Part shown: piece after piece, positions 39,793 to 53,648 of the stretch
Numbering within the stretch: the first letter of the stretch is position 1
How the letters are laid out: each line of letters starts with the position of its first letter
DNA from: Eledone cirrhosa
Lineage: Eukaryota
Length of the DNA: 64,000 nt
Direction of reading: 5' to 3'
Assembly (NCBI GenBank): GCA_964016885.1
Contig: OZ024742.1
Location: 370,140,001-370,204,000 of the forward strand
Made by a program: the position numbers and the translations under genes
The notes under the pieces: model-generated
The model's database searches: none
What the model saw: only the letters and a program-made list of their open reading frames with translations
Told to the model about the DNA's origin: nothing

Positions 39793-41820
39793 ATTTACAT
39801 TATTCTATATATACTATTGTATTTTCACGGTAAAGGCTTTACCTCACATAATATCTCACATAACATTTACATTACTCTATATATACTATTGTATTGTCAC
39901 AGTAAAGGCTTTACCTCACATAATATCTCACATAACATTTACATTACTCTATATATACCATTGTATTTTCACAGTAAAGGCGTTACCTCACATAATTATC
40001 TCGCATAACATTTACATTACTCTATATATACTATTGTATTTTCACAGTAAAGACTTTACCTCACATAACATTGACATTACTCTATATATACTCTTGTATT
40101 TTCACAGTAAAGGCTTTACCTCACATAATATCTCTCATAACATTTACATTACTCTATATATACTATTGTATTTTCACAGTAAAGACTTTACCTCACATAA
40201 TATCTCACATAACATTGACATTACTCTATATATACTATTGTATTTTCACAGTAAAGACTTTACCTCACATAATATCTCACATAACATTGACATTACTCTA
40301 TATATACTCTTGTATTTTCACAGTAAAGGCTTTACCTCACATATCTCACATAACATTTACATTACTCTATATATACTATTGTATTTTCACAGTAAAGGCT
40401 TTACCTCACATAATATCTCTCATAACATTTACATTACTCTATATATACTATTGTATTTTCACAGTAAAGACTTTACCTCACATAATATCTCACATAACAT
40501 TGACATTACTCTATATATACTCTTGTATTTTCACAGTAAAGGCTTTACCTCACATATCTCACATAACATTTACATTACTCTATATATACTATTGTATTTT
40601 CACAGTAAAGGCTTTACCTCACATAATATCTCACATAACATTTACATTACTCTATATATACTATTGTATTTTCACAGTAAAGGCTTTACCTTACATAATA
40701 TCTCACATAACATTTACATTACTCTATATATACTATTGTATTTTCACAGTAAAGGCTTTACCTCACATAATATCTCTCATAACATTTACATTACTCTATA
40801 TATACTATTGTATTTTCACAGTAAAGACTTTACCTCACATAATATCTCACATAACATTGACATTACTCTATATATACTCTTGTATTTTCACAGTAAAGGC
40901 TTTACCTCACATATCTCACATAACATTTACATTACTCTATATATACTATTGTATTTTCACAGTAAAGGCTTTACCTCACATAATATCTCACATAACATTT
41001 ACATTACTCTATATATACTATTGTATTTTCACAGTAAAGGCTTTACCTTACATAATATCTCACATAACATTTACATTACTCTATATATACTATTGTATTT
41101 TCACAGTAAAGGCTTTACCTCACATAATATCTCGCATAACATTTACATTACTCTATATATACTATTGTATTTTCACAGTAAAGGCTTTAGCTGACATAAT
41201 ATCTCACCTAACATTTACATTACTCTATATATACTATTGTATTTTCACAGTAAAGGCTTTACCTCACATAACATTTACATTACTTTATACATACTATTGT
41301 ATTTTCACAGTAAAGGCTTTACCTCACATAATATCTCGCATAACATTTACATTACTATATATATACTATTGTATTTTCACAGTAAAGGCTTTACCTTACA
41401 TAATATCTCACATAACATTTACATTACTCTATATATACTATTGTGTTTTCACAGTAAAGGCTTTACCTCACATAACATTTACATTACTTTATATATACTA
41501 TTGTATTTTCACAGTAAAGGCTTTACCTCACATAATATCTCGCATAACATTTACATTACACTATATATACTATTGTATTTTCACAGTAAAGTCTTTACCT
41601 CATATAACATTTACATTACTCTAAATATACTATTGTATTTTCACAGTAAAGGCTTTACCTCACATATCTCACATAACATTAAATTACTCTATATATACTA
41701 TTGTATTTTCACAGTAAAGGCCTTACCTCACATAATATATCACATAACATTTACATTACTCTATATATACTATTCTATTTTCACAGTAAAGGCTTTACCT
41801 CACATAATATCTCACATAAC
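39793..41820. repeat. 72-bp satellite (60- and 69-bp variants), ~29 copies
   Basis: cacagtaaaggctttacctcacataatatctcacataacatttacattactctatatatactattgtatttt. Confidence 0.96.
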
Positions 41821-42033
41821 ATCTCGTATACGAGAGACATGTATTGACGTGTGTGAACAAGCTCGGCTACCGAGTTGGATTTACTTACTCAAAAGTGAGT
41901 TTTGATTTATTGTTTTTGTACTGTAATATACATTAACCCCTTGCCTGGGTCGTCAGACTCTGAGTTTATTTATTTTCGCCCCTTTTTGGTGCGAATTTTA
42001 CATTTAAAAGTTTATTACGGCAAACTGATAGAA

Positions 42034-43213
42034 ATGGACGGAATTTTCACATCTCATCCTAACGAGAAAGCCACGCCCCCTAAGAAAGGTGATACAGAGA
42101 AGCTAGAAGCACAATGCTCTAAGTCTTCCCTCCTCACTTCTGCAAAAGAAACATGGAACACGGAATTAAAAGAAAAATTTGTATAAATGGGTGAAAACCC
42201 AGAAAGTCACAAACGCAGACAAAAACAACAATGACAATAACAGCACGACCAACAACAGCAATAGTCACAACACCAACCAAGAAAAAAATGAAAAAAATAA
42301 CGATAACACCAAACAAAGCGAACCCACTACTGGTGCCTCCTTTGCACAGGCGGTCCGAAAAACACAGACCTGCAAGCAACTGGACATTACAACTCAGAGA
42401 AAAGATGAAGGAAGCAAAACAGTATGTAACTTTCAAAGAAGGAGGAGACTTCACAATCACCTCCCCACAAGAAATCAAAAGAGACACGACACTAAGAACG
42501 ATATCTTTCAGAACAATTTCCAACATAACAAGGAAACCAGCTCAATTATCCTAAAAAGAAATTGTCTGGTCCTAAAAAATGTGCGGAGTGATATATCGTT
42601 CATACAAAAAGGGCCACTCTATGGGAATATAACGGTGCTAATGAAGGATCAATTGACGGCCAGGAAATACTCTGTGTCACCAATTGTTTCCAAGCTACAC
42701 ACATTTTTCCCCACATATTTGGAGAAAAGAACGCAAAAAATAAGAGTCTCCGGAATCAGGCCAAATGCATGCATTTCCTGGGTACTAACAGGATTTTTAG
42801 AAGACGAGGACGGAATCCTCTCAGTAGAAGTCACCACAGACGTTTTCGGCGGTTTGAGCGTGGAGGTTCTGGTCCAAATGAGACCCAAACGAATAGCTAG
42901 AATACCACAGAGGGTGTCCCTCGATGGAGAAACATTTATATACATTTCAGCCGAGGGTAGGAGGCCCATATGTTACTACTGTTCAAGCAGGGGTCATCTA
43001 AGGGCTGCCTGTCCTCAATTGACAAAAAAAAAGGCCCTTTTGCCTACACCCCACACACCACCACCACCACCACCACCACAACAAAAACAACAACAACAAA
43101 AACAACACAGAAAAATAACACAAGACACGGTCCCACCCAAAACAACTCCAAAAACACACACAAACACAACAAAACCCCACAATACGCCACTACCCGACAG
43201 CACAGACGAGGAC
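42034..43213 (+). pseudogene. LINE ORF1p (gag-like, zinc knuckle), frameshifted
   Basis: SFAQAV motif, EGRRPI-CYYCSSRGHLRAAC (CX2CX4HX4C, 42971-43012), Pro/Gln/Thr-rich tail; N-terminal part split over several frames. Confidence 0.75.
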
Positions 43214-43214
43214 C

Positions 43215-44373
43215 CAGCTGAAACGGAACTGGAACGAGGTAACGGCCAGGGTGCTTGCACTCAACCAGAAGTGGGCCCAGTGCAAACTATCCCTGAAAGG
43301 TCGAGCGGAGGTGGCGAACGCTTATATAGCATCCGTCATCTACTACCGCTTGACCATCGTGCCTTGCCCAGTGAAAAGACTCGCCAAAATGGAGTGTGCG
43401 CTGTTCCAATTTCTTTGGAACAAGTGGACCCCTCTGGTGAGGAGATCCATCTGCTGTCAACACCCTTCGAAAGGAGGGCTGGGGATGCCGTGGTTACAGA
43501 TGCGTAAACACGCATTAAGGCTACGGCACCTCCAGGTATTCCTCACTGGTCAACCGGTGTGGGCCCCGTTTGTGAGGCGAGCCTTTCCCAGACTCGTCTC
43601 GCTCACCGAGCTGCAATCCTGGGTCAAGCAAAGACCGAGAAAAGTGGGCGACTGGCACATTGAATGTGCCCAGGCGCTCACGGCCCTCTGGAAAGCGGAC
43701 CCGGCAATCAGTGGAGACTCCACCTCGACATTCTATAGAGGGTTGGTACGCAGCAGGTGCGACGATGCTCTCGGAGAAGTTCTAGGCATGGAGGAAGATA
43801 AACTGGCCAGTCTGTTCAGTAGGACGTTTGGCCCTGGACCGATGATGGACAACTTTCAAAAGTCCCTGGCTTGGCTGTGCTACCGAGGGGGCTCTACCCG
43901 TTCGAGACAAGCTCCACAGGCATGGGAGCCTGGGTAGGGATCCTTTGAATAAGATCTGTCCGAGATGCGTGCATGACGACGAAACCGTTGCGCACGCATT
44001 CGTACACTGCCCAGGCATTGCTGACCTGTGGGGCTATGTGGAACGACTATTGTCGAGGGTGGGACCAATCCGGTTGACCACCGAGTCCATTGTCACGATC
44101 AAACCGCCTCCCCCTTTCAAAAACGAAGGAGAGGCGGTTTTTGTCTGTGTGATAGCCATGGCTAAAGAAGTTGTATGGTGGACGAGGCTGAAAGGGCTGA
44201 GGTCAGACACCTTTCTCTCCGGCCAACAACTGGTCCCCTTTTTCAAATACCATTTTAAAAGAAGGATCAGAATGGAGAGAGAGGTGCTCTACCCCAGCAA
44301 GTTTTATGAAAGGTGGGTGAAAGTAGGGAGAATGGCCAAAGTGAATGGGTCTTCTCTCTATATCAGCCTGTAG
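43215..44373 (+). pseudogene. LINE ORF2p C-terminal region (post-RT plus zf-RVT-type zinc finger)
   Basis: NWNEV..W...KLSLKGR...FQFLW...PSKGGLGMP and CPRCVHDDETVAHAFVHC; frameshift near 43890. Confidence 0.85.
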
Positions 44374-44608
44374 GTGAAAGAAGAGGAAAAAGAGGAGACG
44401 AGGGAAGCACCTACTCTTTGTGCTCCTGAGGAGAAGGGTTGCACATTTTTTCCGGGGTGTGTGCGACCCATGTTAATGCCCCCTCCCTATTGAGGACTTT
44501 GTTTGTTGTTGTTATTTCATTGTTATATTTTTGTACTCGTTAATTATATGTAAACTTCCCCCCTTGTATCTGTCCCTACCTTTTGTGCCCTGGTGGCAAA
44601 TAAAGAAA

Positions 44609-44736
44609 TTACTCTATATACACTATTGTATTTTCACAGTAAAGGCTTTACCTTCTATAATATCTTACATAACATTTACATTACTCTATATATACTATTA
44701 TATTTTCACTGTAAAGGCTTTAACTCACATAATATC
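44609..44736. repeat. Continuation of the 72-bp satellite (~2 units)
   Basis: Resumes at ttactctatata, almost in register with the left flank. Confidence 0.9.
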
Positions 44737-44868
44737 GAATCTACGAGATTTTGACATTTATTTTAAGAACAATACCTTAACATAAGTAGGAGTAGCCAGT
44801 TACAGCTGGTTTAAGCTATTTATATGTTGAGTACTACCTGACATTATGACACTTTCGGGTGGTTTAAT

Positions 44869-45910
44869 CCCTACTATAGGCAGGACTGACAGGTGGTGTA
44901 TTCCTATTATAGGCAGGACTGACAGGTGGTGTATTCCTACTATAGGCAGGACTGACAGGTGGTGTATTCCTACTATAGGCAGGACTGACAGGTGGTGTAT
45001 TCCTACTATAGGCAGGACTGACAGGTGCTGTATTCCCTACTATAGGCAGGACTGACAGGTGGTGTATCCCTACTATAGGCAGGACTGACAGGTGGTGTAT
45101 TCCTACTATAGGCAGGACTGACAGGTGGTGTATTCCTACTATAGGCAGGACTGACAGGTGGTGTATTCCCTACTATAGGCAGGACTGACAGGTGGTGTAT
45201 TCCTACTATAGGCAGGACTGACAGGTGGTGTATCCCTACTATAGGCAGGACTGACAGGTGGTGTATTCCTACTATAGGCAGGACTGACAGGTGCTGTATT
45301 CCTACTATAGGCAGGACTGACAGGTGCTGTATTCCCTACTATAGGCAGGACTGACAGGTGGTGTATTCCTACTATAGGCAGGACTGACAGGTGGTGTATT
45401 CCTACTATAGGCAGGACTGACAGGTGCTGTATTCCCTACTATAAGCAGGACTGACAGGTGGTGTATTCCTACTATAGGCAGGACTGACAGGTGGTGTATT
45501 CCTACTATAGGCAGGACTGACAGGTGGTGTATTCCTACTATAGGCAGGACTGACAGGTGGTGTATTCCTACTATAGGCAGGACTGACAGGTGCTGTATTC
45601 CCTACTATAGGCAGGACTGACAGGTGGTGTATTCCTACTATAGGCAGGACTGACAGGTGGTGTATTCCTACTATAGGCAGGACTGACAGGTGGTGTATCC
45701 CTACTATAGGCAGGACTGACAGGTGGTGTATTCCTACTATAGGCAGGACTGACAGGTGCTGTATTCCCTACTATAGGCAGGACTGACAGGTGGTGTATCC
45801 CTACTATAGGCAGGACTGACAGGTGGTGTATTCCTACTATAGGCAGGACTGACAGGTGGTGTATTCCTACTATAGGCAGGACTGACAGGTGGTGTATTCC
45901 TACTATAGGC
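44869..45910. repeat. 33-bp minisatellite, ~31 copies
   Basis: cctactataggcaggactgacaggtggtgtatt. Confidence 0.96.
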
Positions 45911-45990
45911 TGTTTTCCTACTAACATTAGAAATTAAAAACAAACAAAACTATTATTTGGATTAGAAGAATTGGTAGAGTGTCAGTCAAA

Positions 45991-46500
45991 GTGCTGTGTG
46001 CTCTACAGTAACCCAGCCCTGTCAATGCTGTGTACTCTACATTGACCCAGCCCTGCCAATGATGTGTACTCTACATTGACCCAACCATGTCAATTCTGTG
46101 TACTCTACATTGACCCAACCATGTCAATTCTGTGTACTCTACATTGACCCGGCCATGTCAAGCTGTGTACTATACATTGGCCCAGCCCTGCCAATGATGT
46201 GTACTCTAAATTGACCCAGCTATGTCAATGCGGTGTCCTCTACATTGACCCAGCCATGTCAATGCCGTGTACTCTACATTGACCCAGCTCTGCCTATGCT
46301 GTGTACTCTACATTGACCCAGCCCTGTCAATGCTGTGTACTCTACATTGACACAGCCCTGTCAATGCTGTGTACTCTACATTGACCCAGCCCTGTCAATG
46401 CTGTGTATTCTACATTGACCCAGCCCTGCCAATCATGTGTACTCTACATTGACCCAGCCATGTCAATGCTGTGTACTGTACATTGACCCAGCCCTGTCAA
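45991..46500. repeat. 34-bp minisatellite, ~15 copies, inside a degraded family-A SINE
   Basis: tgtgtactctacattgacccagccctgtcaatgc, with a 7-bp stem cattgac/gtcaatg. Confidence 0.9.
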
Positions 46501-46562
46501 CATTACCTATCGGGATCAATAAATAATGTAGAGGTCTAGTGATGGAGTTGAGACTATTACAC

Positions 46563-49500
46563 TACATTAGAGAGGGAAGACAAACATACATTAGAGAGGT
46601 AAGACAAACATACATTAGAGAGGTAAGACAAACATACATTAGAGAGGTAAGACAAACATACATTAGAGAGATAAGACAAACATACATTAGAGAGATAAGA
46701 CAAACATACATTAGAGAGATAAGACAAACATACATTAGAGAGGGAATACAAACATACATTAGAGAGGGAAGACAAACATACATTAGAGAGGGCAGACAAA
46801 CATACATTAGAGAGGGAAGACAACCATACATTAGAGAGGGAATATAAACATACATTAGAGAGGGAAGACAAACATACATTAGAGAGGGAAGACAAACATA
46901 CATTAGAGAGGGAAGACAAACATACATTAGAGAGGTAAGACAAACATACATTAGAGAGGTAAGACAAACATACATTAGAGAGATAAGACAAACATACATT
47001 AGAGAGATAAGACAAACATACATTAGATAGATAAGACAAACATACATTAGAGAGGGAATACAAACATACATTAGAGAGGGAAGACAAACATACATTAGAG
47101 AGGGAAGACAAACATACATTAGAGAGGGCAGACAAACATACATTAGAGAGGGAAGACAACCATACATTAGAGAGGGAATATAAACATACATTAGAGAGGG
47201 AAGACAAACATACATTAGAGAGGGAAGACAAACATACATTATAGAGGGAAGACAAACATACATTAGAGAGGGAAGACAAACATACATTAGAGAGGGAAGA
47301 CAAACATACATTATAGAGGGAAGACAAACATACATTAGAGAGGGAAGACAAACATACATTAGAGAGGGAAGACAAACATACATTAGAGAGGGAAGACAAA
47401 CATACATTAGAGAGGGAAGACAAACATACATTAGAGAGGGAAGACAAACATACATTAGAGAGGGAAGACAAACATACATTAGAGAGGGAAGACAAACATA
47501 CATTAGAGAGGGAAGATAAACATACATTAGAGAGGGAAGATAAACATACATTAGAGAGGGAAGATAAACATACATTAGAGAGGGAAGATAAACATACATT
47601 AGAGAGGGAAGACAAACATACATTAGAGAGGGAAGACAAACATACATTAGAGAGGGAAGACAAACATACATTAGAGAGGGAAGATAAACATACATTAGAC
47701 AGGGAAGATAAACATACATTAGAGAGGGAAGACAAACATACATTAGAGAGGGAAGACAAACATACATTAGAGAGGGAAGACAAACATACATTAGAGAGGG
47801 AAGACAAACATACATTAGAGAGGGAAGACAAACATACATTAGAATGGGAAGACAAACATACATTAGAGAGGGAAGACAAACATACATTAGAGAGGGAAGA
47901 CAAACATACATTAGAGAGGAAATATAAACATACATTAGAGAGGGAAGACAAACATACATTAGAGAGGGAAGACAAACATACATTAGAGAGGGAAGACAAA
48001 CATACATTAGAGAGGGAAGACAAACATACATTAGAGAGGGAATACAAACATACATTAGAGAGGGAAGGCAAACATACATTAGAGAGGGAAGACAAACATA
48101 CATTAGAGAGGGAAGACAAACATACATTAGAGAGGGAAGACAAACATACTTTAGAGAGGGAAGACAAACATACATTAGAGATGGAAGACAAACATACATT
48201 AGAGATGGAAGACAAACATACATTAGAGAGGGAATACAAACATACATTAGAGAGGGAAGACAAACATACATTAGAGAGGGAAGACAAACATACATTAGAG
48301 AGGGAAGACAAACATACATTAGAGAGGGAAGACAAACATACATTAGAAAGGGAAGACAAACATACATTAGAGAGGGAAGATAAACATACATTAGAGAGGG
48401 GAGATAAACATACATTAGAGAGGGAATATAAACATACATTAGAGAGGGGAGATAAACATACATTAGAGAGGGAAGACAAACATACATTAGAGAGGGAAGA
48501 TAAACATACATTAGAGAGGGAAGATAAATATACATTAGAGAGGGGAGACAAACATACTTTAGAGAGGGAAGACAAACATACATTAGAGATGGAAGACAAA
48601 CATACATTAGAGATGGAAGACAAACATACATTAGAGAGGGAAGACAAACATACATTAGAGAGGGAAGACAAACAAACATGAGAGAGGGAAGACAAACATA
48701 CATTAGAGAGGGAAGACAAACATACATTAGAGAGGGAAGACAAACATACATTAGAGAGGGAATACAAACATACATTAGAGAGGGAAGACAAACATACATT
48801 AGAGAGGGAAGACAAACATACATTAGAGAGGGAAGACAACCATACATTAGAGAGGGAATATAAACATACATTAGAGAGGGAAGACAAACATACATTAGAG
48901 AGGGAAGACAAACATACATTATAGAGGGAAGACAAACATTAGAGAGGGAAGACAAACATACATTAGAGAGGGAATACAAACATACAATAGAAAGGGAAGA
49001 CAAACATACATTAGAGAGGGAATACAAACATACATTAGAAAGGGAAGACAAACATACATTAGAGAGGGAAGACAAACATACATTAGAGAGGGAAGACAAA
49101 CATACATTAAAGAGGGAAGACAAACATACATTAGAGAGGGAAGATAAACATACATTAGAGAGGGAATATAAACATACATTAGAGAGGGAAGACAAACATA
49201 CATTAGAGAGGGAAGACAAACATACATTAGAGAGGGAAGACAAACATACATTAGAGAGAGAAGACAAACATACATTAGAGAGAGAAGACAAACATACATT
49301 AGAGAGGGAAGATAAACATACATTAGAGAGGGAAGACAAACATACATTAGAGAGAGAAGACAAACATACATTAGAGAGAGAAGACAAACATACATTAGAG
49401 AGGGAAGATAAACATACATTAGAGAGGGAAGACAAACATACATTAGAGAGGGAAGACAAACATACATTAGAGAGGGAAGACAAACATACATTAGAGAGGG

Positions 49501-52500
49501 AAGACAAACATACATTAGAGAGGGAAGACAAACATACATTAGAGAGGGAAGATAAACATACATTAGAGAGGGAAGATAAACATACATAAGAGAGGGAAGA
49601 CAAACATACATTAGAGAGGGAAGACAAACATACATTAGAGAGGGAAGACAACATACATTAGAGAGGGAATATAAACATACATTAGAGAGGGAATATAAAC
49701 ATACATAAGAGAGGGAAGACAAACATACATTAGAGAGGGAAGACACACCTACATTAGAGAGGGAAGACAAACATACATTAGAGAGGGAAGACAAACATAC
49801 ATTAGAGAGGTAAGACAAACATACATTAGAGAGGGAAGACAAACATACATTAGAGAGGGAAGACAAACATACATTAGAGAGGGAAGATAAACATACATTA
49901 GAGAGGGAAGATAAACATACATTAGAGAGGGAAGATAAACATACATTAGAGAGGGGAGACAAACATACTTTAGAGAGGGAAGATAAACATACATTAGAGA
50001 GGGAAGATAAACATACATTAGAGAGGGGAGATAAACATACATTAGAGAGGGGAGATAAACATACATTAGAGAGGGGAGATAAACATACATTAGAGAGGGG
50101 AGATAAACATACATTAGAGAGGGGAGATAAACATACATTAGAGAGGGGAGATAAACATACATTAGAGAGGGAAGATAAACATACATTACAGAGGGAAGAT
50201 AAACATACATTACAGAGGGAAGATAAACATACATTAGAGAGGGGAGATAAACATACATTAGAGAGGGGAGATAAACATACATTAGAGAGGGGAGATAAAC
50301 ATACATTAGAGAGGGAAGATAAACATACATTAGAGAGGGAAGATAAACATACATTAGATAGGGAAGATAAACATACATTAGATAGGGAAGATAAACATAC
50401 ATTAGAGAGGGAAGATAAACATACATTAGAGAGGGAAGATAAACATACATTAGAGAGGGAAGACAAACATACATTAGAGAGGGAAGACAAACATACATTA
50501 GAGAGGGAAGACAAACATACATTAGAGAGGGAATACAAACATACATTAGAAAGGGAAGACAAACATACATTAGAGAGGGAAGATAAACATACATTAGAGA
50601 GGGAAGATAAACATACATTAGAGAGGGAAGACAAACATACATTAGAGAGGGGAGACAACCATACATTAGAGAGGGAAGACAAACATACATTAGAGAGGGA
50701 AGATAAACATACATTAGAGAAGGAAGATAAACATACATTAGAGAGGGAAGATAAACATACATTAGAGAGAGGAGACAAACATACTTTAGAGAGGGAAGAC
50801 AAACATACATTAGAGAGGGAAGACAAACATACATTAGAGAGGGAAGACAAACAAATATGAGAGAGGGAAGACAAACATACATTAGAGAGGGAAGAGAAAC
50901 ATACATTAGAGAGGGAAGAGAAACATACATTAGAGAGGGAAGAGAAACATACATTAGAGAGGGAAGAGAAACATACATTAGAGAGGGAAGAGAAACATAC
51001 ATTAGAGAGGGAAGAGAAAAATACATTAGAGAGGGAAGACAAATATATATTAGAGAGGGAAGATAAACATACATTAGAGAGGGAAGATAAACATACATTA
51101 GAGAGGGGAGATAAACATACATTAGAGAGGGAAGATAAACATACATTAGAGAGGGAAGATAAACATACATTAGAGAGGGAAGACAAACATACTTTAGAGA
51201 GGGAAGATAAACATACATTAGAGAGGGAAGATAAACATACATTAGAGAGGGGAAGATAAACATACATTAGAGAGGGGAGATAAACATACATTAGAGAGGG
51301 GAGATAAAAATACATTAGAGAGGGGAGATAAACATACATTAGAGAGGGAAGATAAACATACATTACAGAGGGAAGATAAACATACATTACAGAGGGAAGA
51401 TAAACATACATTAGAGAGGGGAGATAAACATACATTAGAGAGGGGAGATAAACATACATTAGAGAGGGGAGATAAACATACATTAGAGAGGGAAGATAAA
51501 CATACATTAGAGAGGGAAGATAAACATACATTAGAGAGGGAAGATAAACATACATTAGAGAGGGAAGATAAACATACATTAGAGAGGGAAGACAAACATA
51601 CATTAGAGAGGGAAGACAAACATACATTAGAGAGGGAAGACAAACATACATTAGAGAGGGAATACAAACATACATTAGAAAGGGAAGACAAACATACATT
51701 AGAGAGGGAAGATAAACATACATTAGAGAGGGAAGATAAACATACATTAGAGAGGGAAGACAAACATACATTAGAGAGGGGAGACAACCATACATTAGAG
51801 AGGGAAGACAAACATACATTAGAGAGGGAAGATAAACATACATTAGAGAAGGAAGATAAACATACATTAGAGAGGGAAGATAAACATACATTAGAGAGAG
51901 GAGACAAACATACTTTAGAGAGGGAAGACAAACATACATTAGAGAGGGAAGACAAACATACATTAGAGAGGGAAGACAAACAAATATGAGAGAGGGAAGA
52001 CAAACATACATTAGAGAGGGGAGATAAACATACATTAGAGAGGGGAGATAAACATACATTAGAGAGGGGAGATAAACATACATTAGAGAGGGAAGATAAA
52101 CATACATTAGAGAGGGAAGATAAACATACATTAGAGAGGGAAGATAAACATACATTAGAGAGGGAAGATAAACATACATTAGAGAGGGAAGACAAACATA
52201 CATTAGAGAGGGAAGACAAACATACATTAGAGAGGGAAGACAAACATACATTAGAGAGGGAATACAAACATACATTAGAAAGGGAAGACAAACATACATT
52301 AGAGAGGGAAGATAAACATACATTAGAGAGGGAAGATAAACATACATTAGAGAGGGAAGACAAACATACATTAGAGAGGGGAGACAACCATACATTAGAG
52401 AGGGAAGACAAACATACATTAGAGAGGGAAGATAAACATACATTAGAGAAGGAAGATAAACATACATTAGAGAGGGAAGATAAACATACATTAGAGAGAG

Positions 52501-53081
52501 GAGACAAACATACTTTAGAGAGGGAAGACAAACATACATTAGAGAGGGAAGACAAACATACATTAGAGAGGGAAGACAAACAAATATGAGAGAGGGAAGA
52601 CAAACATACATTAGAGAGGGAAGAGAAACATACATTAGAGAGGGAAGAGAAACATACATTAGAGAGGGAAGAGAAACATACATTAGAGAGGGAAGAGAAA
52701 CATACATTAGAGAGGGAAGAGAAACATACATTAGAGAGGGAAGAGAAAAATACATTAGAGAGGGAAGACAAACATACATTAGAGAGGGAAGACAAATATA
52801 TATTAGAGAGGGAAGATAAACATACATTAGAGAGGGAAGATAAACATACATTAGAGAGGGGAGATAAACATACATTAGAGAGGGAAGATAAACATACATT
52901 AGAGAGGGAAGATAAACATACATTAGAGAGGGAAGACAAACATACATTAGAGAGGGAATATAAACATACATTAGAGAGGGAAGACAAACATACTTTAGAG
53001 AGGGAAGACAAACATACATTAGAGAGGGAAGACAAACATACTTTAGAGAGGGAAGACAAACATACATTAGAGAGGGAAGAC
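46563..53081. repeat. 24-bp satellite, ~270 copies
   Basis: acattagagagggaagacaaacat; explains the SSLSNVCL and PSLMYVCL ORFs. Confidence 0.98.
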
Positions 53082-53164
53082 GATATAGGGGAGGAGAAAG
53101 TGAAAGGAAGTGTAGGTTTATATAAAGTTTGAAATATAAATATTTAAAAATAGAATCTAGATAA

Positions 53165-53542
53165 ACACACAACACACAACACTGACACACACAGCACACA
53201 CCACACTAACACACACAGCACAGACACAACACACACCACACTAACACACACAGCACAGACACAACACACAATACACTAACACACACAGCACACACACAAC
53301 ACACTAACACACACAGCACAGACACAATACACTAACACACACAACACACTAACACACAATACACTAACACACACAACACACAACACAAACAGCACACACA
53401 CAATACACTAACACACAACACACACACAATACACTAACACACACAGCACACACACACAACACACTAACACAACACACTAACACACACAACACACACACAA
53501 CACACTAACACACACAACACACACACTAACACACACAACACT
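53165..53542. repeat. CA-rich compound microsatellite
   Basis: acactaacacacac units. Confidence 0.9.
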
Positions 53543-53648
53543 CAATAAATCTCGCCATCAACACCGCCCCTTATAGAAATATATGAATATTAAAATAATA
53601 GGAAATAAAAATGGGGGGGAGCTACTTAGAAAGGATAAGGACATCCTT

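Larger units (their letters stand above)
41821..44608 (+). mobile_element. L1/Tx1-type LINE with internal deletion of endonuclease and RT
   Basis: 5' UTR, ORF1 with CCHC knuckle, directly joined to the post-RT ORF2 region, then a 3' UTR ending AATAAAGAAA; interrupts the 72-bp satellite. Confidence 0.85.

Noticed and set aside
41930-41965. Minus-strand CTGACGA-CCC-aggcaa-GGG in the LINE 5' UTR
   Set aside because: Followed by GTTAA instead of GAAA, so the core is incomplete.
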